From Candidatus Sumerlaeaceae bacterium (GTDB lineage: Bacteria; Sumerlaeota; Sumerlaeia; Sumerlaeales; Sumerlaeaceae), in contig JANZZJ010000261.1 of NCBI GenBank assembly GCA_026419455.1, positions 1 through 43,311 on the forward strand: a stretch of 43,311 nucleotides of DNA. Reading direction: 5' to 3'. The notes below the pieces were generated by a model. That model was given only the letters and a program-made list of their open reading frames with translations, was not told the DNA's origin and did no database searches. A program made the translations under genes and the position numbers. This document shows positions 1 to 9,943 of the stretch, piece by piece. How positions within the stretch are numbered: the first letter of the stretch is position 1; each line of letters begins with the position of its first letter.

Positions 1-1101
1 GTGGTGGGTATAAGCACGGTCGCGCCGGCGGCCGAAGATGGTGCGCCGGCGGTGCCAGCGGCTGCCACTCCTGCACCGTTACAGCCACCCCCTGGGGCGG
101 GAGCACCTGCGGCGGCTGGGGCTCCTACCTTGCCAGCGCTCCCGGGACTTGGATCTGATGTTTCGGGCGCAGGGGCCGCAGGGGCTGTCCCAACTCCCCC
201 TCCATTACCGAGCCTTGGTCAGGTGGCAAGCGAAGAAACAGGCACGACGCCAAGTGCTGCCGCACCTGCTGCGCCGGTCGAATTGTACGAGTTTCTTTTC
301 ATGAAGCACGACGAGTACGGACCAGTGCGGCTTAAGCTGACCCCTCAAGAGGCAGAAAAGATACGCGAAAAAGAAGTTAATTTGTTAATGAAAGAGTTTC
401 CTGCATCAGCTCAGGTTCAACAGGGCGGGCAGCCACAGCAGGATGCGACAAGGGCCATTGCCGAGTGGGACTTTTACTGCGAACAACTCGAACTTTACTC
501 GGATTACGTTAAAGAGGTTGTACTTCCTGAAAAGAAAGACGAGCTGGATACCCCGAATTTCGATTTTACGAAACAGGAAGAGCCTGCTCAGTGGCGAAGT
601 GACCTCAAGACAACATACGAGAAAAAGGCTCAGGAACTTACGAACGAGCAGCGCGATGAAAACATTGCGTTCTATGAGCGGCTTCAGCAGCGTGAGGATA
701 GGCGAAAACGCTACTACGAATGGATAGCCTCGCAACAGCGTGAGCTTGATGAATGGGCAAAAGTGTGGGCGCGACGAGCTAATGCCACGCAATGGGTCAC
801 GGCAAGTGGAGAGATTCGTCGCGATGATTGGTATTACGGGAAGAACTTTAATGCGCGCGAGCCGGTGGCAACCACCATTGATGGGCAAACTTACGTTTTC
901 TCGGCGGAGCCTGTAGCCGGTGTGCGACGCGACGAGCTTAACGTTATTTCGACGAATTTGACGCCATACGATATTCTCGATAAGAACGGTGTTTTGAAGA
1001 ACCCTGCGACAGAAAGGCAGCGTGGGACGTTGGTGGAACCGCCAGCTCAGCCGACGCCAACGCCAGTTCAGGGCATCATACAAGTTCTCGGCAGCCAGTA
1101 A
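1..1101 (+). CDS. Hypothetical protein, probably exported, with a Pro/Ala-rich N-terminal linker and a charged helical domain; likely 5'-truncated by the window edge
   Basis: Open frame from position 1 to the stop at 1101. It begins with what resembles the end of a signal peptide (VGISTVAPAA-EDG). No family motif recognised. Confidence 0.7.
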   Translation: MVGISTVAPAAEDGAPAVPAAATPAPLQPPPGAGAPAAAGAPTLPALPGLGSDVSGAGAAGAVPTPPPLPSLGQVASEETGTTPSAAAPAAPVELYEFLFMKHDEYGPVRLKLTPQEAEKIREKEVNLLMKEFPASAQVQQGGQPQQDATRAIAEWDFYCEQLELYSDYVKEVVLPEKKDELDTPNFDFTKQEEPAQWRSDLKTTYEKKAQELTNEQRDENIAFYERLQQREDRRKRYYEWIASQQRELDEWAKVWARRANATQWVTASGEIRRDDWYYGKNFNAREPVATTIDGQTYVFSAEPVAGVRRDELNVISTNLTPYDILDKNGVLKNPATERQRGTLVEPPAQPTPTPVQGIIQVLGSQ

Positions 1102-1188
1102 CCAATTTAAATTTTGGCGGCGTGCAATAAACGGAAGACGGCCGGTGTATAATCGCACAAAACTACGTTCTTTGACTTCACGTTAAAG

Positions 1189-1455
1189 GCGTTGAAGAGG
1201 AGTAGTAGGAACAAGCTCGGCCTTGAGAGAGCCGCTGGATGGTGCGAAGCGGTGGCGAGCCTTCCGAACTCGCCTTGGAGCCGCGATGGTGAATAACCGG
1301 CAAATGAGCCGGGGGTAGCTGTCGCCGCGAGCTCGGCGTAAAAGGAGCAAAGGAAGGCGTTTCGGCGGTTTTTCAACCCCCGACGCGAAGCTGGGTGGTA
1401 CCACGAATAAAAGGTTCGTCCCCGCGACTGAGTTCAGTCGCGGGGCTTTCTGTTT
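1189..1455 (+). promoter_or_regulatory. T-box riboswitch leader, leucine-specific (specifier CUC), transcription-attenuation type
   Basis: Stem I hallmarks: AGTA at 1201, AG box GAGAGAGC at 1225-1232, GGTG at 1241, specifier loop GAA-CTC (CTC at 1269-1271). T-box AAGCTGGGTGGTACCACG at 1388-1405, followed by a terminator. It lies upstream of leuA, and a TATAAT is present at 1148-1153. Confidence 0.9.
1420..1455 (+). terminator. T-box attenuator terminator
   Basis: Inverted repeat CCCCGCGACTGA (1420-1431) / TCAGTCGCGGGG (1434-1445), then CTTTCTGTTT. Confidence 0.85.
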
Positions 1456-1679
1456 AGGGATCCATGAAGACGAATGAAAAAATAGCTAGCAGGTGGCAAA
1501 GACCGAAATTCGGGTGGGTGGGTTGTACTTCATCCGCCCAGAGGGTTTGTTTCGCGTTTCGCAGCCGTAGCACCCTCGCCCTATGATGCCCGGAACGTCG
1601 TCAGCATCTAGTAGCTCGATGTTTCCACGTCAACGTTACCGCGCAACGCACTACAGCAGCTTGGCTAAGGAGAAATCTT

Positions 1680-3248
1680 ATGACAAACAACATTAACGAC
1701 CCAAATCGTGTGATCATTTTCGACACCACGCTTCGTGATGGCGAACAATCGCCTGGAGCCACCATGAATCTTCAGGAGAAACTCGAGATTGCACGCCAGC
1801 TCGCCCGCTTGGGGGTAGATGTTATCGAAGCGGGATTTCCGATTTCATCTCCGGGAGATTTCGAAGCGGTGTGTGCTATTGCCGAGGAGATTAAAGGACC
1901 AGTGATTTGCGGGCTCGCCCGCGCCATCGAGAAGGACATTGTTCGCTGTGGTGAGGCAGTTACACGGAATAAACGCGGGCGGATCCACACGTTCATTGCC
2001 ACGTCCCAAATCCACATCGAAAAGAAGCTGCGCATGACAAAAGAAAAGGTTATCGAAACGGCTGTCAACGCGGTCAAACTGGCGAAAACTTTCACGCCGG
2101 ACGTCGAGTTCTCCTGCGAAGATGCAGGCCGAACTGACTGGGATTACATGGTGGACGTGATCAATGCAGTTATTGAAGCCGGGGCCACAACCATTAACAT
2201 CCCGGATACCGTAGGCTACTGTAATCCTTGGGAATTTGGCGAGTGCATTGCTTACCTTCGCAAGAAGGTCAAGGACGCGGACAAAGTCGTGTTTAGTGCT
2301 CACTGTCATAACGACCTGGGATTGGCCGTGGCGAACTCACTGGCAGCCTTGCGTGCAGGTGCCCGCCAAGTCGAATGCACGATAAACGGGATTGGTGAGC
2401 GTGCAGGAAATGCGTCGCTCGAAGAGATCGTCATGAACCTGAAGGTTCGCCAAGATTTCTTCGGGCTGACAACAGGCATTAATACGAAGGAAATTTACCG
2501 GACATCGCGCCTCGTTTCAGAGATTACTGGCATTCGGGTCCAGCGCAACAAGGCTATCGTTGGAGCCAATGCGTTTGCCCATGAGGCAGGAATTCACCAG
2601 GACGGTGTGCTGAAGGAGCGCTCCACGTATGAAATCATGAGGGCGGAGGACGTTGGCTGGACAGGAGAGTCTATGGTGCTTGGTAAGCACTCAGGCCGCC
2701 ACGCCTTCAAAACGCGACTCGCTCAGCTCGGCTACGACACTCTCTCTGAAGAAGAGATCAATAAGGCGTTTGAGCGGTTCAAAGAGCTGTGTGACAAGAA
2801 GAAAGAGGTACTGGATGAGGACCTTTATGCCATCGTTGAAGACGAGGTTTTTCATGCGCCCGAAATTTACCAGCTCGAGTATCTTGGCTTCACGAGTGGC
2901 ACGTCGACTATTCCCACGGCAACAGTGCGGCTGCGAAAGGGCGAACAGGTCATGCAGGAGGCTAGTTGCGGCGACGGGCCGGTAGATGCCGCTTTTCGGG
3001 CAGTTGAGCGATTAGTCAATGTCGAGACTGAGCTAGTGGAATACACCGTAGATGCTGTGACGGGTGGGACGGATGCACAGGGACAAGTCTCGGTGACAGT
3101 GCGCGTTAATGGAAAGAAAGTCCGTGCTCGCAGCTCCCACACCGATATTGTTACGGCAAGCGTCAAAGCTTATCTCCATGCTATAAACAAAGCACTCCAA
3201 TTAAAAGATGCTGGGGCTGGAAATGATGTGCCGAAAACGGGTATGTGA
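1680..3248 (+). CDS. leuA: 2-isopropylmalate synthase
   Basis: [23 protein letters not shown] and HQDG motifs, plus the C-terminal regulatory domain (GDGPVDA). AAGGAG RBS and an upstream Leu T-box. Confidence 0.96.
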   Translation: MTNNINDPNRVIIFDTTLRDGEQSPGATMNLQEKLEIARQLARLGVDVIEAGFPISSPGDFEAVCAIAEEIKGPVICGLARAIEKDIVRCGEAVTRNKRGRIHTFIATSQIHIEKKLRMTKEKVIETAVNAVKLAKTFTPDVEFSCEDAGRTDWDYMVDVINAVIEAGATTINIPDTVGYCNPWEFGECIAYLRKKVKDADKVVFSAHCHNDLGLAVANSLAALRAGARQVECTINGIGERAGNASLEEIVMNLKVRQDFFGLTTGINTKEIYRTSRLVSEITGIRVQRNKAIVGANAFAHEAGIHQDGVLKERSTYEIMRAEDVGWTGESMVLGKHSGRHAFKTRLAQLGYDTLSEEEINKAFERFKELCDKKKEVLDEDLYAIVEDEVFHAPEIYQLEYLGFTSGTSTIPTATVRLRKGEQVMQEASCGDGPVDAAFRAVERLVNVETELVEYTVDAVTGGTDAQGQVSVTVRVNGKKVRARSSHTDIVTASVKAYLHAINKALQLKDAGAGNDVPKTGM

Positions 3249-3293
3249 ACGCTTGTCGGTGTCGCGGAGCACGTAGAGATAGGATAAAATTTC

Positions 3294-3325
3294 AGCGGGG
3301 GGCAAGTATGTCCCGCCGCTTTTTT
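3294..3325 (+). terminator. Intrinsic terminator after leuA
   Basis: AGCGGGGGGCA-agta-TGTCCCGCCGCT hairpin followed by a T run. Confidence 0.75.
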
Positions 3326-3453
3326 ATGTTTGCGGCCTCCCGACGTCCCGCCGTCATTCGCGTCGCAACATCGTCACAGCAGACAGCTTGGAAGTGAATT
3401 AGCGTGTTTGAGGAACTAGACCGCAGTGCAGATCGGATGCATTCTGGTAATAG

Positions 3454-4089
3454 TTAGGCTTTAAGGTCTATCGCCGCTAGGCGCAGCTGGTTTATCCTAC
3501 GCATCATCTCTTGGGCCAAAGCATCGTAGGCTTCGCGCTTATCAACCGAGTGGAACAAGACTTCACAAGCTCGAAAGGGAGAGCCATAATACACCCGGAC
3601 TTTTCGTAGGCAGGGCCAAGTTTTACCGCGAGGTAAGGCTTCATACGTGCCGTCGATATAAACTGGCACAATGGGAACGTCCGCCAGTAAAGCAATCATT
3701 GCTGCGCCGGCTTTCGCCGGCTGTAGCTCTCCATTCCGCGTGCGAGTTCCTTCCGGAAAAAGAAGAAGGACATTACCAGCCTTGAGTGTATCAATGCACT
3801 CTTTGAGTGCTCGACGATCGACACCCGCGCGGTCGATGGGATGAGCATAGAGACGCCGGATAGCCCAGCCTAACACTGGAAGATCAAAAAGCTCGCGTTT
3901 TGCCAGGGTATGGCACGCCCTGGGCACACCAACGGCGACTAACGGTGGATCAAGGTTACTGGCGTGATTGGAGACCAAAAGACATCCGCCTTCTGGGGGG
4001 ATGTTTTGTCGTCCAATGTGCTCTAGCCTAAATAGGACGCGTGCGAGCCAAAGAATCAGTGCGCGCACCAAGCGATAGAAAGGACTCAT
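3454..4089 (-). CDS. plsC: 1-acyl-sn-glycerol-3-phosphate acyltransferase
   Basis: NHASNLD (HX4D) and FPEGTR motifs; located directly after the cmk domain gene. Confidence 0.9.
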   Translation of the reverse strand: MSPFYRLVRALILWLARVLFRLEHIGRQNIPPEGGCLLVSNHASNLDPPLVAVGVPRACHTLAKRELFDLPVLGWAIRRLYAHPIDRAGVDRRALKECIDTLKAGNVLLLFPEGTRTRNGELQPAKAGAAMIALLADVPIVPVYIDGTYEALPRGKTWPCLRKVRVYYGSPFRACEVLFHSVDKREAYDALAQEMMRRINQLRLAAIDLKA

Positions 4090-5303
4090 GATGGAGCACC
4101 AACGCTGCCGCCGACAAGTGCTGCGACAATTTCCACTGCTTCCTCCAAGGAAATGCCAGTTGTATCGAGTATGGTAGCCGTGGGTGCCAGGCGCAACGCT
4201 CCATGGGTTCGAATCCTGTCGCGGCGATCGCGCTCAATGATGTCCATCCGCAGGCGTTCAACGTCCACGGCATGGCCCTCCTGCTGGTGTTGCACCAGGC
4301 GCCGCCGAATCCGTTCTTCAAGACTGGCAACGACGTAAAATTTCCAATGCGCTTCGGGCACCACTACAGTTCCAATGTCGCGACCGTCGAGCACACACCT
4401 GCCGCGGAGAGCCATTTGGCGTTGCAGACGTACCAGCTCGGCTCGTACGTTCGGAATATCTGCCACGGGACTCGTATTGCGGGAAACCTCGGGAGCACGG
4501 ATAGCTTCGGTAACGTCTTCGCCATTGAGCAGGACACGACCAGGCATGTCATCGGGCTGTTCAACATATCGAATGTCCAGCGAATGTGCCAGCTCGGCCA
4601 ACGCATCTTGATCGTCAAGCGGGATCCCCCGACGCATGGCTTCAAAAGCGACGCACCGGTACATGGCTCCCGTATCAATGTGCATAAAGCCAAGGCGCTT
4701 TGCCACCTTTTTAGCGAGAGAACTTTTGCCAGAGGCCACTGGGCCATCAATAGCGACGATGGTGGCAAAAACATCCTCTTCTTCGTCTTTGTAGCGCTCA
4801 TGAAGCTCCTCAAGGATGCGTGCCGCTATTTCTTCTGGTGTATGTTCGGTAGTGTCGAGGTGGATGTGAGACGTTTCCGCATAGAGATCTCGTCGCTCGT
4901 GCAAAAGCTGTGTAAGTTTTTTTAATGGCTGAGAACGGGACAGAAGAGGTCGATCGGGATCTTCCCCAATTCGCTCTGCGAGAACTTCGGCGGGAGCATC
5001 GAGCCAGACAACGAGTCCCAAATCGCGAAGGAGCTGACGATTTTCGGCCCTCTTGACGATTCCTCCCCCCGTTGCAATCACAGCGTGGCGACTAGAAGCG
5101 ATCTCCTCGAGAACTTGGCTTTCAAGGTCACGGAAGTGTTCTTCTCCATGGCCTTGAAATATTTCGGCAATCGTCATCCCGGCTCGTCGTTCGACTAGTT
5201 CGTCGAGATCGATGAACTCCATGCCGGTTTTTTCAGCGAGGAGGCGGCCAATCGTTGTTTTGCCGCTACCCATCATACCTATGAGAACAACGTTCGTGTC
5301 CAT
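4086..5303 (-). CDS. aroK-cmk: Shikimate kinase / cytidylate kinase fusion protein
   Basis: N-terminal half has GMMGSGKT, DLD, GEEHFR, TGGG and RPLL (shikimate kinase). C-terminal half has IDGPVASGKS, DTGAMYR, DGRDIGTVV and ERDRRD (Cmk). Confidence 0.9.
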   Translation of the reverse strand: MDTNVVLIGMMGSGKTTIGRLLAEKTGMEFIDLDELVERRAGMTIAEIFQGHGEEHFRDLESQVLEEIASSRHAVIATGGGIVKRAENRQLLRDLGLVVWLDAPAEVLAERIGEDPDRPLLSRSQPLKKLTQLLHERRDLYAETSHIHLDTTEHTPEEIAARILEELHERYKDEEEDVFATIVAIDGPVASGKSSLAKKVAKRLGFMHIDTGAMYRCVAFEAMRRGIPLDDQDALAELAHSLDIRYVEQPDDMPGRVLLNGEDVTEAIRAPEVSRNTSPVADIPNVRAELVRLQRQMALRGRCVLDGRDIGTVVVPEAHWKFYVVASLEERIRRRLVQHQQEGHAVDVERLRMDIIERDRRDRIRTHGALRLAPTATILDTTGISLEEAVEIVAALVGGSVGAPS

Positions 5304-5306
5304 GCT

Positions 5307-6533
5307 TCAATAAGCGTCCAGATATTCAATGTAATTGCAGTAATTTGCTTTAATTTCAGCAACTGAGTCACCACCGAATTTTTCTAGAAACGCCTGAGCA
5401 AGCACGAAAGCGACAATAGCTTCACCCACAACGGCGGCTGCAGGTACGGCGCACACATCGCTGCGCTCGCGTACTGCTTCGAAAGAGTCTTTCGTTTTTA
5501 AATCGACACTCTGCAAAGGACGCATGAGTGTGGCGATGGGCTTCATGACGGCGCGCACGATGATAGGCTCACCATTGCTCATTCCCCCCTCAATCCCACC
5601 GGCATTATTAGATAAATGAAAAAATCCGCCGGAGGGCCCGCGCCCTCGCTCACGGACGAGTCGTTCGCGTTCCGCTGGGTCGTCGGTAAAAGCGATGGGA
5701 TCGTGCACACTTGAGCCAAGATTGTCAGCCACATCAAATCCCATGCCCACGCTCACACCCTTAATTGCCTGGCAACTCATCAATCCGTACGCAAGGCGAG
5801 CATCAAGTTTTTCGTCCCAGTTCATCGTGTTTCCTAAGCCGACTGGCACACCGGTGGCAATAACCTCGTAAACGCCACCTACTGTGTCGCCATTTTCTTT
5901 CGCCTTGCGGATGAGCTCCTTCATCTGGGACTCGACTTCTGGACGAGCCACACGCAAATCGCTGTTTTCAGCGCATGTTCGTATGGTTTCAAAGTCGAGG
6001 CCTTTGGTATTCACTCGGATTCCGCCGATGTTCACGACGTGGCTGAAAATGGATATCCCAAATTCTTCGAGAAGCCTTCTGCAAATTGACCCGACCGCGA
6101 CACGGGCAGCTGTTTCGCGAGCGGAAGCCCTCTCTAGGATATTCCGAGCGTCGCGCTGGCCAAATTTGAGCACTCCCGGCAAGTCCGCATGACCGGGGCG
6201 TGGTCGCGTGACAACTCTTTGGTCGTCAAGCTGGCCGGGTTCCGGATCCATTTGCTCGCGCCACACTTGATAGTCTTGGTTGGTAATCACCAGTGCGATG
6301 GGAGAACCGAGCGTGTAGCCTTTTCGAACTCCGCCAACAATTTGCACAGTGTCCTTTTCTATTTTCATGCGGGCCCCACGGCCATAACCCTGCTGGCGTC
6401 GCGCAAGGTCCCGGTTAATGTAATCGGCTGAGAGGTAAAGTCCTGCAGGCACTCCACGAATAATGGCCGTGAGTTGTGGACCATGGGACTCGCCCGCTGT
6501 GAGGTAATCAAGTCGTTTCACAATTTGAAACAC
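5307..6533 (-). CDS. aroC: Chorismate synthase (true start may be a few codons downstream)
   Basis: TAGESHG, RPGHAD, ERASARETAARVA, NNAGGIEGG and MKPIAT motifs. Confidence 0.96.
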   Translation of the reverse strand: MFQIVKRLDYLTAGESHGPQLTAIIRGVPAGLYLSADYINRDLARRQQGYGRGARMKIEKDTVQIVGGVRKGYTLGSPIALVITNQDYQVWREQMDPEPGQLDDQRVVTRPRPGHADLPGVLKFGQRDARNILERASARETAARVAVGSICRRLLEEFGISIFSHVVNIGGIRVNTKGLDFETIRTCAENSDLRVARPEVESQMKELIRKAKENGDTVGGVYEVIATGVPVGLGNTMNWDEKLDARLAYGLMSCQAIKGVSVGMGFDVADNLGSSVHDPIAFTDDPAERERLVRERGRGPSGGFFHLSNNAGGIEGGMSNGEPIIVRAVMKPIATLMRPLQSVDLKTKDSFEAVRERSDVCAVPAAAVVGEAIVAFVLAQAFLEKFGGDSVAEIKANYCNYIEYLDAY

Positions 6534-6590
6534 CTCCCGGATAAGAAATGTAACCAGATGAGCGGAAGGAGATGAAGCTCATCAGCTTAA

Positions 6591-7304
6591 TCACAAGCGG
6601 TCTGAACGAAGTATCTGAGCCAAATCGCCAGTCTTCACCCCCAAAGCGTTGGCATCGTCGGTATCGAGGTGGAGCTCCGCGCGAAACGTTTCCGCCACTC
6701 GAACTTGGACGTCGAAGAGAATCGCAGGTCTTTCGCCTTCGATTCGCACTGCTACTACGTCCCTATCCCGTAATCCTAGCACACTGGCTTGGCTTGGGTG
6801 CATGTGAATATGGCGGTTAGCTCGTATCACTCCAGCGGCAATGGTTATGGAACCAGCAGGACCTACAAGCGTTATTCCAGATGTGTCGCGGTGGTCACCG
6901 CTAGGACGAATAGGTGGGAGTCTCTTAAGGCCAAGGCCGTAACAATCTGTAAGCGAGAGCTCGACTTGAGTGGTAGAACGCAGGGGCCCTAACACGCGAA
7001 TCGGCCCCAGACAACGGCCTACTGGCGAAACAATCGTGACCTGCTGCTCACTGGCATACTCCCCTACTTGCTTGAGAGGGCGCAATACAGTGAGTTGCGA
7101 ATCTGCTCCAAAGAGAATGGCATGGTGTTCCCGACTCAAATGCACATGCCGCGCGGAAACGCCAATGGGTACCCGCCCGGCTTTAATGTCCTCGCTAATA
7201 AGCCCATTATCCGATTGAGGCATTAGCGACGATGCATTCCCACGGCTACTAGCGAGACGCTCGAGGACGCGCGCCACTATTGTATCCACCACACGTTCAT
7301 CCAT
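6591..7304 (-). CDS. pduL: PduL-type phosphate acyltransferase with an N-terminal extension
   Basis: PIGVSARHVHLS, RVLGPLR..QVELSLTD, RHIHM and LHLDTDDANA motifs. Confidence 0.9.
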   Translation of the reverse strand: MDERVVDTIVARVLERLASSRGNASSLMPQSDNGLISEDIKAGRVPIGVSARHVHLSREHHAILFGADSQLTVLRPLKQVGEYASEQQVTIVSPVGRCLGPIRVLGPLRSTTQVELSLTDCYGLGLKRLPPIRPSGDHRDTSGITLVGPAGSITIAAGVIRANRHIHMHPSQASVLGLRDRDVVAVRIEGERPAILFDVQVRVAETFRAELHLDTDDANALGVKTGDLAQILRSDRL

Positions 7305-7336
7305 ACAGGGATGGAGTATGAAGAAGGGTTAGAGAA

Positions 7337-9757
7337 TCACTCAAGATCGAAATGAGGATGTTCGGCTGTTTGGCTGACTGTTTGAGCTTCGATAAGGTGA
7401 CCATCGGTCTGGATAAGAATAGCGCCATGCTGGTCGGTGCGATAAACTCTCGCCCCGTGTGCGTTCAGACGCTCGACGACCACCTGCGAAGGATGACCGT
7501 AACGATTCTTACGTCCGCAGGAGATCACTGCAATTTGCGGTGACAGCACATTCAGAAAGTCGTCCGATGTGCTTGAGGCACTGCCATGGTGGGCAACCTT
7601 AAGAACGTCACATTTGGGAACGCCGTCCCGCAACAGAGCGCTTTCGGCTTTTCTCTCTGCATCCCCTGTCATGAGGATAGAGAAGTCTTTATAAGTGACT
7701 GTGAGGACAAGTGAGTCGTCGTTTTCCGATGCTACTGTCGCTGTCGTCGAGCAGTCTGGGTTGAGAACCCTGACATCTAGGCCTGGACTAACAAGCGTCC
7801 TGTGGCCAGCACACACACGAACGACGCGCGGCAATTTGTCTGCTTGTGCGCCCTGGGGCAAAAGTCGATCCAGCTCAGCGACATTGTTTCCGATGACGAG
7901 GGTTCCGACCTGCCATTCTTCCAGCACTGCCTGCACACCACCCGAATGATCGCTGTCAAGATGAGTGACAACGAGATAGTCGAGAGGGTAGCAACCGAGA
8001 GCCTGGAGGTGAGGAACGACCACCAAACGTCCGACATCGGGCAGGGAGTTGCCCGCATCCACAAGGATATTTTGGCCAGTCGGGAGCTGAAGAAGAGCTG
8101 AATCCCCCTGGCCGACATCGAGAAACCATATCTTTAGGCGCCGGTCAGCCCTTTGCCAGGCCATAGCCACGAGAAGAACGAGAAGAGCCCCAAGACAATG
8201 GAGAGTTAGCCGTGCCCGTGCCTTGGGGACAAATTCAGGGGAATCGCGTCGTACAAAATAATATCCTGACAAAAGAATGACATAGTAGCCGCCGACAGCA
8301 ACGAGAGGACAGTGGCCAGTCCGTGCTATTGCCCAACTTTGGTGGGCGGTCATTTCAATAACTCCCATAAGAGCCCGCGCTAACATGGCTGTGGAAGCGC
8401 CAATGATGTTGGCCAGTGGGGCGGAGACGAGTGACGCTCCCACAGTAAGAAGCGAACTCACGATCACAGGACCTGCCAGAATTGCCCCGAGCACGTTCGC
8501 AAGTGGGGACAACATGTTGACCTGATGGAAATAATAAAGCTGGAGCGGGAAGATCAGTAAGGACACAGCGATTGTAACCCGGACGGTGTCGGTCAAAAGC
8601 TGCCAACATGAATTTAGCCATGTTGGAAAGTGGGATAACTGACCGACCGGCAGAATTTGTTTCAAGAGGGGGTAAAAAGATACAATACCAAGAACTCCTA
8701 CGGCTGAGAGGATAAATCCAGTCTGGTAAATGAGGGTTGGCTGCGCCAACAAAAGCGCCAAGCATGCCAGGCCGAGAGCACCTATGGGATCAATTTCTCT
8801 GCGAAACCATGTACTGGCGCCGTACGCAGTGAGCATCGTTCCGGCGCGCAACGCCGACGGCACAAATCCCGTCATAGCGACGTACGCCCACATAATGATC
8901 ACAGTAACGCCCCACGAAAGAGGCCACGACAGGCGTAGCGCTCGAACGGCCATCAACACGAAGGCAGCGAGCGCGCCTACGTGAAGGCCGCTAACGGCAA
9001 ACAGGTGAAACATGTTGCTATCGCGCAGCCAGCGGATTTCATCACGAATGAGGAGCCGCCGGTCGTTAAACAGTAAACTACCTACCCACCGGCTTTCTTT
9101 CCCCGACAACGTTTCAGACAGAGCGTTTAAAGCGTAGCGACGAACATCCCCTAGCCCCTCGTCAATAGTGCCAACGATGCCGCGGGGACTCAAGGCAGTC
9201 CATGAGCTGGTTCGAAGCACTGCGTAAATTCGCTGACGCGCTAGTCGTTCTCCGTAATCCAATACGAAAAAATTCCTATAGCTTTGAGGTTCATCCAAAA
9301 TTCCGCGGACTTCGATCCTCTGCCCCACTGTGGGGCATTGTGTCGTCAATTCTTCTCCGCGCGCGGTCAATGTGACAAGTACACCACCCTCCAGCGAAAC
9401 CGTGCCCAGGGCAGTCCTAATCACAGCCTGCCGCAGAACAAACCGCCTGCCAGTATCGCTCGTTGGCTCGATAAATGACACCGTGCCTTCGACTGTTGCT
9501 GACGTTGGGGGAGCAAGCGAGCGCAGAGAGTTTGTCGCCTGATGTGCTTCTCGAACCAAATTCCGGCTTACAGCACCACCTAAAAGGAAGACTACCCCCA
9601 TTATTGCGGGTGTGATGTCGCGGCGCAACACACCCCCTACGCAAGCAACGGCCCCAGCTCCCACGAGCAGATAAATCAGGGGTACATAGCGCCCAATTGC
9701 TAACCCAAACCCGTAGAGACATAAGAGAGGAATGATTGGGCGCTTGAAATAGGTCAT
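7337..9757 (-). CDS. comEC: DNA internalization competence protein ComEC/Rec2
   Basis: Multi-TM protein with an OB-like region, HLFAVSGLHV competence motif and C-terminal metallo-beta-lactamase domain (DVGQGD, THLDSDH, KVAHHGS, NRYGHP). Confidence 0.93.
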   Translation of the reverse strand: MTYFKRPIIPLLCLYGFGLAIGRYVPLIYLLVGAGAVACVGGVLRRDITPAIMGVVFLLGGAVSRNLVREAHQATNSLRSLAPPTSATVEGTVSFIEPTSDTGRRFVLRQAVIRTALGTVSLEGGVLVTLTARGEELTTQCPTVGQRIEVRGILDEPQSYRNFFVLDYGERLARQRIYAVLRTSSWTALSPRGIVGTIDEGLGDVRRYALNALSETLSGKESRWVGSLLFNDRRLLIRDEIRWLRDSNMFHLFAVSGLHVGALAAFVLMAVRALRLSWPLSWGVTVIIMWAYVAMTGFVPSALRAGTMLTAYGASTWFRREIDPIGALGLACLALLLAQPTLIYQTGFILSAVGVLGIVSFYPLLKQILPVGQLSHFPTWLNSCWQLLTDTVRVTIAVSLLIFPLQLYYFHQVNMLSPLANVLGAILAGPVIVSSLLTVGASLVSAPLANIIGASTAMLARALMGVIEMTAHQSWAIARTGHCPLVAVGGYYVILLSGYYFVRRDSPEFVPKARARLTLHCLGALLVLLVAMAWQRADRRLKIWFLDVGQGDSALLQLPTGQNILVDAGNSLPDVGRLVVVPHLQALGCYPLDYLVVTHLDSDHSGGVQAVLEEWQVGTLVIGNNVAELDRLLPQGAQADKLPRVVRVCAGHRTLVSPGLDVRVLNPDCSTTATVASENDDSLVLTVTYKDFSILMTGDAERKAESALLRDGVPKCDVLKVAHHGSASSTSDDFLNVLSPQIAVISCGRKNRYGHPSQVVVERLNAHGARVYRTDQHGAILIQTDGHLIEAQTVSQTAEHPHFDLE

Positions 9758-9943
9758 GCGACGATGTGTAAGCTTCGATGGGAAGAGATTGCAAATTATT
9801 ATCCCTCCTTTGTTGAGGAAACTACTCGGGACGATCGTGAAAGAAGCGGGGTAGAACTACGCGCTGGCAGTGGTAAAGCGATAAAAAAGATAGTTTTGTT
9901 ATTGAAATGTTAAACTGCTTAGCGTTGCTAGAGGATCACAAAA

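Noticed and set aside
406-1158. 250-aa minus-strand ORF
   Set aside because: Antisense shadow of the 1-1101 gene, with no recognisable motifs.
1464-1586. 40-codon ORF in the leuA leader as an attenuator leader peptide
   Set aside because: It has no Leu-codon run, lies downstream of the terminator, and the T-box already explains the regulation.
3254-3259. Isolated TGTCGG hexamer (also a CCGACA at the WYL start) as further WYL sites
   Set aside because: Half-sites only, without the GAC-N7-GTC partner; expected by chance.
4203-4925. 240-aa plus-strand ORF
   Set aside because: Antisense to the well-supported aroK-cmk gene.
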